A stretch of 64,000 nt of DNA from Gammaproteobacteria bacterium (GTDB taxonomy: Bacteria; Pseudomonadota; Gammaproteobacteria; JBCCGL01). Each line of letters begins with the position of its first letter. The stretch's first letter is position 1. The translations under genes and the position numbers were made by a program. Positions 35,701 to 50,700 of the stretch are shown piece after piece. A model generated the notes under the pieces. It was not told the origin of the DNA. It was given only the letters and a program-made list of their open reading frames with translations, and did no database searches. The stretch is from assembly GCA_965277715.1 (NCBI GenBank), contig OZ255836.1:3168001-3232000 (forward strand), in the 5' to 3' direction.

Positions 35701-38700
35701 ACGACACTTCCGCCTTGCCATGAAATTCCTCGGACTCGGTATCGGTGGTTTCTTTGCCCTCTTTGATCGTCATATCACCACTGGCTGCCAGCTCGATATT
35801 TTCATCCGCCGCCAGGTTACTCCCCTGCACGGTGATATTGCCTTTGTCCTCCTCCCCTGATGTGGCATTCAACTCGATATTATTGGCGTGTAGGTTGCTG
35901 CTAACCACGGTGGTCGTGGTCGTGGTCGTCTCCGCTTTATCGATGGTCGCTTTGGCCAGGGTGATTGATAGCTTGCCGTCGTCGGTTTTTACCAGCTTAT
36001 CCGGGCGGGTCAGGGTTTTGGCCACATCGCCCAGGCTGATGGTGGTCTTGGTGTGTTTCGAGTAAGTCTTTTCTTCGCTCAGGGCATTTTCTATACGGAT
36101 ATCCTGCCCACTGGCGCTCAGTGTGTCGGTGGCGTCGACATCGACACCGCGCAGGGTGATATCTCGCTGGGCGGTAATCGCAATACTCCCACCGCCCAGG
36201 GCCGACGAGACCGCCGTTTTGTTGATGCGCCCCTCCAGGTCTTCGCTCTTGGAATACAGGGCGCCACCGCTGAAAAACCCCGATTTTTTCGTGTGCGATT
36301 CACTGAGTGCCCCGTCATAGCCCGCCTCGATAGTGATATCCCGCTCGCTGGTCAGGGTCAGTTGATCATCGGCGATAACACGCGATCCGGTGATATCAAT
36401 ATCCCGCTGCGTGCTGACCAATTCAACCGTAGCGCCACTGAGCTGCGCGCCGATATTCGTCGAGCTTGCGTTTTTCGTCGTGGTGGTTTTTTTGGAAAAC
36501 GTGCTTTTTTTGGTGGTTTTTATCTCTGTGTAGTGGCTGTCATTAACCGCTTCAATGGCGATATTGCCCGCCCGGATTGCCAGGGCATCGTTAGCCGCAA
36601 CGGTGGAACCGGCTATGCGCGTGGTGTCGGTACTGCGCAGGTCAATCGTGTCCGCTTTAATACTGGAAGCCAGGTTTGTGGTGGATTGCCGCTTGATGTA
36701 ATTTTTGCTATCTCCTCCAAAAAAGTTGGTGTTTTGTACCGTGGTATTAACATCAATCGTATTGGCCGATATTTCAACGGTATTCGCCGTCAGGGTAGAA
36801 CCCTGTACCTGCACGGCTTCGCCTGCGTCCACAGTCAAGCGGTTGCTGGCCTGGATTTGCCCTGCCCGGCCTATCAGGTTTTTCGTGTCTGTTGTTCTGC
36901 CGCTGGAGTAGTTGACGGCTTCAATATAACGCTGGTTGACGACATTCCCCCCGGCGGTCAGGTCGATATCCTTGCCTTTGATCAGGCCGGAGGTATTGAT
37001 AATATCCTGCTCTGCTACCAGGCTCAGGCGGTTATCGGCGGTCAGTCGACCGCCCAGGTTATTAACTCCCTCGTTTGCCGCAATGGCAAGGTTATTGCCC
37101 GCCTGAAAGGTGCCGGTGTTATCCAGTTGATCGACGCCCAGGTCGATATCCCCCCCGGCAATCACCCGGCTGCCTTCTAAGGCATAACGACTGGCATTGG
37201 CGATATACACCTGCGGCACCAGGACTCTTTCGCCCGCGACAATCTGCTCTTCAAACCAGACAATATCCTGGGTCAGCGCGTTGATCTGTGCCTCGGTAAC
37301 AGCGACGCCCAGCACCAGTTGCAGGTCACCCTGGGCGCGCAGGGCATTGTCCATCAGGTATTGGTATTGGGTATTGTCATCAGTGATTTCCTTGTGCAGA
37401 AAACGCCGACCCGTCTGGGCATAGATGCTCTCACGGATCAGTGTTTGCTCGTAGAAGGCATCACCCACACGTTTTTGCTCAACTTCAGGGTCGTAGTCAA
37501 CCTGCTCCAGTAAATAGTTGCTGCTGATGAAATTTGCATACAGGGTGAGTTCTGGGTTGGTTTCGATCAGGAACCCCGATTGTGGGTCCTGGCTGGCGAC
37601 AAACAGACCAAAGTTATCCGCTGGCAAGGTGATGTCTGATACAACCACAGCCGGTTGTGCGGTAGGGTTCAGGTTGATATCGCGGGCCTGGGCATCGTTG
37701 GCATTATTGTCCACCTGGGCGGCGTCTGTCGTTTGTGTGCGGGCATTGACGGCCTGGTTATCGACTGGCGCTACATCGAGTGTCTGTGTGTTGGCTTGCG
37801 CCTGAGTGGCTTCTACCTGGGTAACGTCCGCCACCATTTCTTGGGTTTGGATATCACCATTGTCAATTTGTGTCGTGCCAATGGCCTGTGTATTCGCCTG
37901 CACATGATTGGCTTCTACCGAGCCGTTGTCTGTCATTATCTCGCGGGCATCAATGCCACCATTACCAATTGCCGTATTAGTGATCGCTTGCGCGTTTGCC
38001 TGTACCTGGTCGGCTTCTATCTGACCATTGTTCGCCAGTATCTCGCGGGCATCAATAGCACCATTACCAATCGCCGTATTAGCGATCGCTTGCGCGTTTG
38101 CCTGTACCTGCGTGGCTTCCACCTCACTATTGCCCACCATCATCCCATGGGATTCAATACCCTCATTACCAATTGCCATGTTAGCGATCGCTTGCGCGTT
38201 CGCCTGCACCTGGTCGGCTTCTATCTGGCCATTGCTCGCCAGCATCTCGCGGGACTGAATATCACCATTATCAATATGCGTGGTGTCGATAGTTTGCGCA
38301 TTCGCCTGCACTTCTGTGGCTTCCACCTGGCTGTTGCCCGCCGTCATTTGGCGGGCATCAATAACACCATTCTCTATCTGCGTGGTGCCAATGGTTTGCG
38401 TATCCACCTGCACCTGCGCCGTTTCTACCTGGCTATTGTTCGCCGTCATTTGGCGGGCATCAATAGCGCCATTCTCTATTTGTGTATTGCCAACGGTTTG
38501 CGTCTGGGCCTGTGTCTGCGTGGCCTGTACAGAATCACCGTCCTGGGTAACCGACTGGCGGGCCTGGATATCGTCAACCTGGGTATTATTGATCGATGCG
38601 GTATTGGCCTGAGTCTGCATGGTTTGAATGGTGGCACTGCCCCCGGCGTCTACCTGCTGGGTCTCGGTGGTATCGATAGGCACGTTATCGATGGCCTGGG

Positions 38701-41700
38701 TATTGGCCTGTATTTGCGTGGTTTGGGTTTGCGTACTGGCACCTACTACCGCCTGGCCACCCTGAATGTTACCGTTGCTGAAATTGCCTGCATGGCCGGT
38801 GATATTACCGCCTGCTTGGATGGTTGAACCGATGGTTTGCACAACGTCGACGGTTTTTTGAATATTTTCAGGGTTTCCAAGTGGCTCACAACTATCAGGA
38901 TAGTTGGGTCCATTCCAGCAAACTCCAATTTGTTGGAATGTTGTTGTTACTTCTACTACTTCTACTGTGCTGTTATCCACTACCCGTGATGACAGTGCAA
39001 TATCTCCCCCTGCACTGATCAACGAATATCCATTGGCAATTGTGTCTACATTCAAGTTTATATGCCCCCCCGCGTTAATCTCAGCAGGCGGTGCTATGTC
39101 TATCAGTTTTACTCTATCAACTACGGAACGATTCAATCGGTAAAAACGGATACCAAGGACATAGATTATGGTCGTAGCAGATGAAATTGTGTCTGATATT
39201 CGTTCACCACCTGTAATCGTTTGAGTACCCGGGTTGTAAGTACCTTGCACCGTCGGCGCATCGGTGGTGTTCTGCAACTGCTGAGCGTAAATTGCAATAT
39301 CGCCGTTGTAGGTTTGAATAGCACCCCCGATATTTTTGACGAGACTTGTTTTTCCTCCATTATTGCCTGCCGATATAAGCAAATTATTGTAGGCAAAAAC
39401 AGTACCATTCAGACCATTTGCCAGGGTGTTTTGGATATCAAACACCATATCATTCCCGGCAAATAGCGTCCTGATATTGCTCATATTGACAGCCGTAAAA
39501 GTTAAGTTATTACCCGCATTAAAAAAGCCTTGATTGCCAATAGCAGGCCCCGTTACAAGCAGGTCACCCTGTGCACTAATACGTGATTGGTTAGCAAGCA
39601 CATTGGTGGCGTGCAGTTGGCTGCTGCCTACGCCACCGCTGATGGTGGCGTGGTTAGTTATGTCGTAGGCACTAAGGTGCAACGCCCCACCGCTGGACAG
39701 GGTTTCGTAGTTAGTGAGTGCACCCTGTGTGGTTAAGGTCAGGTCACCGTTGGCGAGCAAATCCGCTCGGTTGGTGATGTAGTCGTTGGCGATAATATGC
39801 AGGTTGCCGTTAGCGCCGATAGCCGAGCCTGCTACATTATTCAGAGCGTCCAGGGTCAGGGTCAGGTCACCGGCGGCGTAGAGGTCTGAGCCGTCGAGGT
39901 TAATGCCGTGGGTGGTCAGAGCCAGACCATTGGCCGAGGCCACTTGGGCGTTGCTGTTATCCAGGTAGTTGCTTTGCAGCCGGGTGTTTTGCTGGCTTTG
40001 GATCAGGCCATTGCTGTTTGTCAGGGTTTGGCTGATGGCAATGTCCAGGTCGTTATTACTAAGCAATCTACCATCCGTGTTATTTAGTGTGTTTGCCTGG
40101 ATATCAACGGCACCCAGGGCCGCGATTTGGGCGTTTTGATTATTGATGTCGCCGCTGGTGATCAGCGACAGGGTGCCATCACTGCTCAGTTGTTGTTGAT
40201 TGGTGATGGTGGCCGCCGTTAATGACAGGGCATTGTTGGCGTGCAGGGTGCCGCTGTTTAAGGCGGTTGATGTGGCGGTGAGGGTGGCATTATCAGCGAT
40301 AAGGGTGTGCTGGTTTGTCAGGGTGTCTGCGGTAACGGTCAGCGATTCATTGGCCTGGATGGTGCCGTTGTTGTTCAGCGCGCCGTCTATCGCCAGCGTG
40401 ATGTCTTCAACCGCCAGCAGATTGGCGTCGTTTGTCAGGGTCAGGGTGTCCGCGTTGATGCCCACCTGGGTGGCGGAGATTTCACCGCCGTTACCAGCGA
40501 GAGTGGTGGCGTCGACCGTCAAGGTATTGCTGGCAGTAATATCACCACTATTGTTCAGGGTTTGGGTGGTGATTTGCTGATTGTTATTGGCGTGCAGTGT
40601 GCCCTGGTTGTTTAGGCGAGTGGTCGCTGTGGTGGTCAGTATATTACCCGCCAGGATATTCTGGCTATTGGTGACGGTATTGGCGTTGAGGGCAATATCG
40701 TGAGTGGCTTGCAGGTTGCCACTGTTATCGATATGCGTGGCACTGAGCTGGGCATCGGTGGCCAGTAGGGTGTTTTGATTCAGCAGCGTCGCCGCGCTGA
40801 CAGCCAGGCTATCGTTGGCCTGGATGGTGCCGTTGTTGGTAAGGGTATTGGCTATATCCAGATTTATGTCTTCCACCGCCAGTAGGTTCGTATTGTTCAG
40901 GGTCAACGCATCGGCAGCAATAGCCACCTGGGTGCCAGATACTTCACCCCCGGTGCTGTTAATACCGGTGGCATTGATATTCAGGGTATTAGTGGCGGTG
41001 ATGTCACCGCTGTTGCTCAAGGCTTGCGTGGTGAGCTGTTGGTTGTTGTTGGCGTGCAGCGCGCCCTGGTTATTCAGGCTGTTGGCCGCGTTGATCGACA
41101 GGCTATTGCTCGCCAGGATGTTGTGGGTGTTGTTAAGCGTATTGGTGTTAAGCGTGGCATCCTGTGCAGCTTGCAAGGTGCCGCTGTTGTCGATAGTGGT
41201 AGCTGTCACTGTGGCATCGGTGGCCGCCAGGGTGGCGCGGTTATCCAGGCTGGCGGTGTTCAATATCAGGGCATTGTCTGCCTGCACAACACCGGCATTG
41301 TTGCGTACCGCACCGCTGTTGGTAATAGCCAGATCGTGGCTGCTGAGGATATTGCCGCTGTTGGTAATTTCCCCCGTCGTCAGGGTGGTGTCGGTGGCCA
41401 GTAGGCTGCGTTGATTGACCAGCACATCAGCATTAATGGCCAAGGCATCGTTGGCTTGTATTGTGCCGTTGTTGTCCAGGGTGTCGCTAACTGTCAGGGT
41501 AAGGTCTTCAACGGCCAGCAAGTTGGTATCTGCCAGGGTCAGGTTATCCGCATTAATGCCGACCTGGGTGGCAGAGATTTCACCCGCAGTACTGTTAAAG
41601 GTAGTAGAGGCGATATTCAGTGCGTTGCTGGCGGTGATATTGCCGCTGTTACTATTCGTCAGTGTCTGCGTGGTCAACTGTTGGTTGTTGTTGGCGTGTA

Positions 41701-44700
41701 GGGTGCCCTGGTTATTCAGGCTGTTGCTGGCGGTGATTGCCAGGGTGTTATTCGCCAGGATCGTCTGCTGGTTTACCAAGCTATCCGTGGTAAGGCTGAT
41801 ATCGTGGGTGGCCTGTATATCCCCGCTGTTGGTGAGTGTCGTGCTGCTGAGGGTAGTATCGGTGGCCAGCAAAGTGCGCTGATTGACCAGATTATCAGTG
41901 CTGACGGTCAGGGTGTCGTTGGCCTGGATGGTGCCGTTGTTGGTAAGGGTATTGGCGATATCCAGGTCGATATCTTCCACCGCCAGCAGGTGCGTATTGG
42001 CCAGGGTCAGCGCATCGGCATCGATGGCCACCTGGGTGGCCGACACCTCACCTCCCGTGCTGCTAATACCGGCAGCGGTGATGTTCAGGGCATTAGTGGC
42101 GGTGATGTCACCGCTGTTGCTCAAGGCTTGCGTGGTGAGCTGTTGGTTGTTGTTGGCGTGCAGCGCACCCTGGTTGTTCAGGCTGTTGGCCGCGTTGATC
42201 GACAGGCTATTGCCCGCCAGAATGTTGTGGGTGTTGCTAAGTGTGCTCGTGTTAAGCGTGGCATCCTGCGCGGCTTGCAGGGTGCCGCTGTTGTCGATAG
42301 TAGTGGCCATTACTGTGGTGTCGGTGGCCGCCAGGGTGGCACGGTTGTCCAGGCTGGCGGTGTTCAGTATCAGGGCATTGTCTGCCTGCACAGCGCCTGC
42401 ATTGTTGCGTACCGCACCGCTGTTGGTGATAGTCAGGTCGTGGCTACTGAGGATATTGCCGCTGTTGGTAATTTCACCGGTCGTCAGGGTGGTGTCAGTG
42501 GCCAATAGGGTGCGTTGATTGACCAGATTATCCGCGCTGACGGTTAAGGTGTCGTTGGCCTGGATGGTGGCGTTGTTGGTGAGGGTGTCGCTAACTGTCA
42601 GAGTAAGGTCTTTAACGGCCAGTAGGTTGGTGTCTGCCAGGGTCAGGTTATCTGCATTAATGCCGACCTGGGTGGCGGAGATTTCACCCGCCGTGCTGTT
42701 AAGGCTAGTGACGGTGATGTCCAGGGCGTTGCTGGCAGTGATATTGCCGCTGTTATTGCCCCCGCTATTATTCAGGGTTTGAACGGTGAGCTGTTGGTTG
42801 TTGTTGGCGTGTAGCGTGCCCTGGTTGTTCAGGCGATTGCTGGCGGTGATCGCCAGTGTATTGCCTGCCAGGATATTTTGATCGTTGGATAGATCGACTG
42901 TATTTAGGGTTGCGTTGTTCTCGGCCTGTAGATTGCCGTTGTTATTGAGGGTAGCGGCGTCGAGGGTAATATTTGTGGCTAGCAGTGTGTCCTGATTCTC
43001 CAGGCCATCGGTGGTGATTGTCAGGGTGTCGTTAGCCTGCAAGGCACCCGCATTGTTGCGCACCATACCGCTGTTGGTGATATGCAGATCGTGGCTGCCC
43101 AGGATATTACCGCTATTGGTAATACTGCCTGTGGTGAGGGTGGTGTCCGTGGCCAGCAGGGTACGTCGATTGACCAGCGCACCTGCGGTGATATTCAGGG
43201 CGTTGTTGGCTTGAATAACACCGTTGTTATCGAGGCTGTCACTCGCCGTCAGGGTGAGGTCTTGCACGGCCAGCAACTGGCTGTCGACCACGCGCAACGT
43301 GCCTGTATCAATATCAACCTGAACAGCCGATAGTTCCCCCCCGCTACTGTTTAGCGTGGTGGCCGTAATATCCAGTGCATTACTGGCGGTGATGTTGTGG
43401 CTGTTGCTCAGCGCCTGGGCGGTGATTTGCTGGGTGTTGTTAGCGTGCAAGGTGCCCTGGTTATTGAGGCTGTCGATCGCGGTGATCGCCAATACATTGC
43501 CCGCCAGGATGTTGTGCTGATTGCTGATGTTATCGGCACTCAGGGTGAGGTTATGACTACCCTGTATATCACCGCTGTTACTCAAAGTGGTGGCCGTGAC
43601 GGTGGTGTCAGTCGCCGTTAGGGTGGTGCGGTTATCCAGGGTCTGGGTATTTACGGTCAGCGCATTGCCCGCCTGTACACTGCCCGCCCGATTAAGCACC
43701 GCGCCGCTGTTGGTGATAGTCAGGTCGCGGCTATTGAGGATACTGCCGCTGTTGTCAATGCCACCAGTGGTCAAGGTGGTGTCGGTGGCCAACAGGGTAC
43801 GCTGATTGACCAGGGCGCCCGCCGTAACGGCCAGTGTATCGTTAGCCTGAATGGTGCCGTTATTGGTCAACGTATCACTGGCATTTAGGGTGATATCGTC
43901 GACTGCCAGCAGGTTGGTATCGGTCAGGGTCAGTGTGCGGGTATCGATGTTCACGTCAACCGCCGAGAGTTCCCCTGCTGTACTACTGATATCAGTAGCG
44001 GTTATGCCTAATGTGTTACTGGCGGTTATATCCTGGCTGTTGCTCAGGGTATGGGTGGTGAGCTGTTGGCGGTTATTGGCGTGCAACGCGCCCTGGTTAT
44101 CCAGGCTGTCGGTCGCTGTAATCGTCAGGGCATTGCCTGCCAGAATGCTCTGGTTGTTAGTCAATGTTGCCGTGGTGAGGGTGACATCGTGCGCCGCCTG
44201 AAGATCACCGCTGTTGTCGATAGTGGTGGCCGTCACCGTGGCATCGGTGGCCGCCAGGGTGGCGCGGTTGTCCAGGGTGTCGGTGGTGAGTGTCAGGGCA
44301 TTGTCTGCCTGTACTGTGCCCGTGTTGTTGCGCACGGCACCGCTGTTGGTGATGGTCAGGTCGTGGCTACTGAGGATATTGCCACTGTTGCTAATATTAT
44401 CGGTGGTCAGGGTGGTGTCTGCGGCCAGGAGTGTGCGCTGGTTGACTAGCGTGCCCGCTGTAACTGTCAGGGTATTGTTGGCTTGAACGGTGCCGTCGTT
44501 GTTGAGTGTATCGCTTACATCCAGTGTTATATCGTCAACCGCTAACAGCCCGCTGTCTGTCAGGGCCAGAGTAGCGGTGTCGATAGCCACTGCCGTAGCG
44601 GATAGCTCACCTGCGGTGCTGTGCAGGTCTGTCGCGGTAATACTCAAGGTATTGCTGGCGGTAATATCCTCGCTATTGGTCAGGATTTGGGTGGTAATCG

Positions 44701-47700
44701 TTTGATTGTTATTGGCGTGTAAAGCGCCTTGGTTATCCAGACTGTTTGATGCGGTGATGGCCAGTGTATTGCCCGCCAGGATATGCTCGCGGTTACGCAC
44801 ATCCGTGGCATTGAGGGTGATATTGCGGCTGGCCTGTACATCACCGCTATTGGTTAGAGTAGTCGCTGTAATCGTTGCATCCGTGGCGGCAAGCGTGGCC
44901 TGGTTATCCAATATGGATGTATTCAGCGTAAGCGCATTATCCGCCTGCACAGTGCCTGCGTTGTTGCGTACGGCACCGCTGTTGGTGATAGTCAGGTCGT
45001 GACTGCTGAGGATATTGCCACTGTTGGTAATAGTATCCGTCGTCAGGGTCGTGTCGGTGGCCAGTAGGGTGCGCTGGTTATTTACCGCGCCCGCTGTGAC
45101 GGTCAGGGTATTGTTGGCCTGTACCGTACCATCGTTGTTGAGTGTATCGCTGACATCCAGGGTGATATCTTCAACCGCGAGTAGATTGGTGTCTGTCAGG
45201 CTTAGGTTATCAACATCAATATGCACTTGCGTGGCGGACAGTTCACCACCCTGGCTATCCAGGTTTGTCGCTGCAATTGTTAATGCATTACTGGCGGTAA
45301 TCGTTTCGCTATTAGTCAATACCCCGGCAGTAATCGTCTGGTTATTGTTCGCGTGTAGCGTGGCCTGGTTGATCAGTTGATTGCGCGCTGTGATCGTTAA
45401 GGCGTTATCCGCCAGAATGTTCTGGTTATTGGTCAGACTATCGCTTATCAGGCTGAGGTCGTGGGCAGCTTGTATATCACCGCTATTGGCCAGGGTGGTT
45501 GCTGTAATCGTGGCATCAGTGGCGGCAAGCGTGGCTTGGTTATCCAATATGGATGAATTCAGCGTAAGCGCATTATCCGCCTGTACAGTGCCTGCATTGT
45601 TGCGTACAGCGCCGCTGTTGGTGATGGTTAAGTCGTGACTGCTAAGGATATTGCCGCTGTTGGTAATAGTATCCGTTGTCAGGGTCGTGTCTGTGGCCAG
45701 TAAAGTACGCTGATTCTCCACCGTGCCCGCTGTGACGGTCAGGGTATTGTTGGCCTGAACCGTGCCATCGTTGTTGAGTGTATCGCTCACATCCAGGGTG
45801 ATATCTTCAACTGCGAGTAGATTGGTGTCTGTCAGGGTCAGGTTATCAACATCAATGCCTACTTGTGTGGCGGACAATTCTCCGCCCTGGCTATTAAGGT
45901 TGGCCGCCGCAATCGTTAAGGTATTACTGGCGGTAATCGTTTCGCTATTGGTCAACACCCCGGCGGTAATCGTCTGGTTATTGTTCGCGTGCAGCGTGGC
46001 CTGGTTGATGAGTTGATTGCGCGCTGTGATCGTTAAGGCGTTATCCGCCAGGATATTCTGGTTATTGGTCAGGTTATCGGTTATCAGGCTGAGGTCGTGG
46101 GCGGCTTGTATATCACCGCTATTGGTCAGCATTGATGCCGTGATCGTTGCATCCGTGGCAGCAAGTGTGGCCTGGTTATCCAGGGTGGCAGTGTTCAGCG
46201 TCAGCGCATTATCCGCCTGCACAGTGCCTGCATTGTTATGTACGGCACCGCTGTTGGTGATGGTCAGATCGTGACTGCTAAGGATATTGCCACTGTTGGT
46301 AATAGTATCCGTCGTTAAGGTCGTGTCTGTGGCCAGTAAGGTGCGCTGGTTATCCACCGCGCCCGCTGTGACGGTCAGGGTATTGTTGGCCTGTACCGTG
46401 CCATCGTTGTTGAGTGTATCGCTCACATCCAGGGTGATATCTTCAACTGCGAGTAGATTGGTGTCTGTCAGGGTCAGGTTATCAACATCAATGCCTACTT
46501 GTGTGGCGGACAATTCTCCGCCCTGGCTATTAAGGTTGGCCGCCGCAATCGTTAAGGCATTGCTGGCGGTAATCGTTTCGCTATTGGTCAATACTCCGGC
46601 GGTAATCGTCTGGTTATTGTTTGCGTGCAGCGTGGCCTGGTTGATGAGTTGATTGCGCGCTGTGATCGTTAAGGTGTTATCCGCCAGGATGTTCTGTTTA
46701 TTGGTCAGGCTATCGCTTATCAGGCTGAGGTCGTGGGCGGCTTGTATATCACCGCTATTGGTCAGCATCGATGCCGTGATCGTTGCATCCGTGGCGGCAA
46801 GTGTGGCCTGGTTATCCAGGGTGGCAGTATTCAGCGTAAGCGCATTATCCGCCTGCACAGTGCCTGCATTGTTATGTACGGCACCGCTGTTGGTGATGGT
46901 CAGATCGTGACTGCTAAGGATATTGCCACTGTTGGTAATAGTATCCGTCGTTAAGGTCGTGTCTGTGGCCAGTAAGGTGCGCTGGTTATCCACCGCGCCC
47001 GCTGTGATTGTCAGGGTATTGTTGGCCTGAACCGTGCCGTCATTGTTGAGTGTATCGCTCACATCCAGGGTGATATCTTCAACTGCGAGTAGATTGGTGT
47101 CTGTCAAAGTCAGGTTATCAACATCAATATTGACTTGCGTGGCGGACAGTTCACCACCCTGGCTATCCAGGTTTGTCGCTGCAATTGTTAATGCATTGCT
47201 GGCGGTAATCGTTTCGCTATTAGTCAACACCCCGGCGGTAATCGTCTGGTTATTGTTCGCGTGTAGCGTGGCTTGGTTGATGAGTTGATTGCGCGCTGTG
47301 ATCGTTAAGGTGTTATCCGCCAGGATGTTCTGGTTATTGGTCAGACTATCGCTTATCAGGCTGAGGTCGTGGGCGGCTTGTATATCACCGCTATTGGTCA
47401 GCGTTGATGCCGTGATCGTTGCATCGGTGGCCGCCAGCGTAGCCTGGTTATCTAGCGTGGCAGTGTTCAGCGTAAGCGCATTATCCGCCTGTACAGTGCC
47501 TGCGTTATTGCGTACAGCGCCGCTGTTGGTGATGCTCAGGTCGTGACTGCTGAGGATATTGCCACTGTTGGTAATAGTATCCGTCGTCAGGGTCGTATCG
47601 GTGGCCAGTAAGGTGCGCTGGTTATCCACCGCGCCCGCTGTGACGGTCAGGGTATTGTTGGCCTGTACCGTGCCATCGTTGTTGAGTGTATCGCTCACAT

Positions 47701-50700
47701 CCAGGGTGATATCTTCTACCGCCAGTAGGCGGGTGTCTGTCAAAGTTAGGTTATCAACATCAATGCCTACTTGTGTGGCGGACAATTCTCCGCCCTGGCT
47801 ATTCAGGTTTGTCGCTGCAATTGTTAATGCATTGCTGGCGGTAATCGTTTCGCTATTAGTCAACACCCCGGCGGTAATCGTCTGGTTATTGTTCGCGTGT
47901 AGCGTGGCTTGGTTGATGAGTTGATTGCGCGCTGTGATCGTTAAGGTGTTATCCGCCAGGATGTTCTGGTTATTGGTCAGACTATCGCTTATCAGGCTGA
48001 GGTCGTGGGCGGCTTGCACATCACCGCTATTGGTCAGGGTGGTTGCTGTGATCGTGGCATCAGTGGCGGCAAGCGTGGCCTGGTTATCTAGCGTGGCAGT
48101 GTTCAGGGTGAGCGCATTATCCGCCTGTACAGTGCCTGCGTTATTGCGTACAGCGCCGCTGTTGGTGATGGTCAGGTCGTGGCTGCTGAGGATATTGCCG
48201 CTGTTGGTAATAGTATCCGTCGTCAGGGTCGTATCGGTGGCCAGTAGTGTGCGCTGGTTATCCACCGCGCCCGCTGTGACGGTCAGGGTATTGTTGGCCT
48301 GTACCGTGCCATCGTTGTTGAGTGTATCGCTGACATCCAGGGTGATATCTTCAACTGCGAGTAGATTGGTGTCTGTCAGGCTTAGATTATCAACATCAAT
48401 ACCTACTTGTGTGGCGGACAATTCTCCGCCCTGGCTATCCAGGTTTGTCGCTGCAATTGTTAAGGCATTACTGGCGGTAATCGTTTCGCTATTGGTCAAT
48501 ACCCCGGCGGTAATCGTCTGGTTATTGTTCGCGTGCAGCGTGGCTTGGTTGATGAGTTGATTGCGCGCTGTGATCGTTAAGGCGTTATCCGCCAGGATGT
48601 TCTGGTTATTGGTCAGGCTATCGCTTATCAGGCTGAGGTCGTGGGCAGCTTGTATATCACCGCTATTGGTCAGCATCGATGCGGTGATAGTGGCATCAGT
48701 GGCAGCAAGCGTGGCCTGGTTATCCAGGGTGGCAGTGTTCAGCGTAAGCGCATTATCCGCCTGCACAGTGCCTGCATTGTTGCGTACTGTGCTGCTGTTG
48801 GTGATGGTTAAGTCGTGACTACTGAGGATATTGCCGCTGTTGGTAATTTCACTGGTGGTCAGGGTCGTGTCGGTGGCCAGTAGGGTGCGCTGGTTATCCA
48901 CCGTGCCCGCTGTGATTGTCAGGGTATTGTTGGCCTGTACCGTGCCATCGTTGTTGAGTGTATCACTCACATCCAGGGTGATATCTTCAACTGCGAGTAG
49001 ATTGGTGTCTGTCAGGCTTAGGTTATCAACATCAATATTCACTTGCGTGGCGGATAACTCACCCCCTGTGCTGTCGATGCCATTGGCCACAATTTCCAAG
49101 CGACTACTGGCCGTAATGTCATGGCTATTCGTCAGGGTGTCAGTGGTGATTTGTTGGCTGCTATTGGCGTGCAACACACCCTGGTTATTCACGTTATTTG
49201 CCGCAGTGATCGTTAAGGCATTGCCTGACAGGATGTTTTGGTTGTTGACCAGTGTATCTATCACCAGGCTTAGGTCGTGGGTGACCTGTACATCACCGCT
49301 ATTGGTCAGGGTAGCTGCGGTAATCGTTGCATCGGTGGCGGCAAGCGTGGCCTGGTTATCTAGCGTGGCAGTGTTCAGCGTAAGCGCATTATCCGCCTGC
49401 ACAGTGCCTGCATTGTTATGTACTGCACCACTGTTGGTGATGGTCAGATCGTGACTGCTAAGGATATTGCCACTGTTGGTAATAGTATCCGTCGTTAAGG
49501 TCGTGTCTGTGGCCAGTAGGGTGCGCTGGTTATCCACCGCGCCCGCTGTGACGGTCAGGGTATTGTTGGCCTGAACCGTGCCATCGTTGTTGAGTGTGTC
49601 GTTCACATCCAAGGTGATATCTTCAACCGCCAGCAGGCGAGTATCTGTCAAGGTCAGGGTGTCGGTGTCGATCGTCACCTGCGTGGCGGATACTTCGCCA
49701 CCTGTGCTGTCTGCCGTGGCTGCCGTAATCCCCAGGTTATTGCGGGCCGTGATGTCCTGGCTATTGGTTAGAGTCTGCGTGCTGATTGTTTGGTTGTTAT
49801 TGGCGTGCAAAACGCCCTGGTTATTCAGGCTGTTCGCTGCGGTAATCGTCAAGGCATTATCCGCCACGATGCGCTGGCTGTTGTCGATAGTATCGGCGCG
49901 TAGCGTTGCATCATGGGTGGCTTGTATATCACCGCTGTTGGTAATTGCAGTGGCAGTCACCGTGGCATCGGTGGCTGCAAGCGTTGCGCGGTTGTCCAGC
50001 GTAGCCGTATTCAGCGTCAGCGTATTATCCGCCTGCACAGTGCCTGCATTGTTGAGCACGGCGCCGCTGTTGGTGATGGTCAGGTCGTGACTGCTGAGGA
50101 TATTGCCACTGTTACTGACTGCATCGGTGGTGAGTGTGGCATCGGTCGCGAGGAGAGTACCCTGGTTAAGCAGGTTATCGGTGGTCACCGTCAAGGCATT
50201 ATTTGCCTGAACCGTTCCGGCATTGCTGAGTGTATCGCTCACATCCAGGGTGATATCTTCAACCGCCAGTAGGCGAGTATCTGTCAAGGTCAGGGTGTCG
50301 GTGTCGATCGTCACCTGCGTGGCGGATACTTCGCCACCTGTGCTGTCTGCCGTGGCTGCCGTAATCCCCAGGTTATTGCGGGCCGTGATGTCCTGGCTAT
50401 TGGTTAGAGTCTGCGTGCTGATTGTTTGGTTGTTATTGGCGTGCAAAACGCCCTGGTTATTCAGGCTGTTCGCTGCGGTAATCGTCAAGGCATTATCCGC
50501 CACGATGCGCTGGCTGTTGTCGATAGTATCGGCGCGCAGCGTTGCATCATGGGTGGCTTGTATATCACCGCTGTTGGTGATTGCAGTGGCGGTCACCGTG
50601 GCATCGGTGGCCACAAGCGTTGCGCGGTTGTCCAGCGTAGCCGTATTCAGTGTCAGCGCATTATCGGCCTGCACGGTGCCTGCGCTGTTGAGCACGGCGC

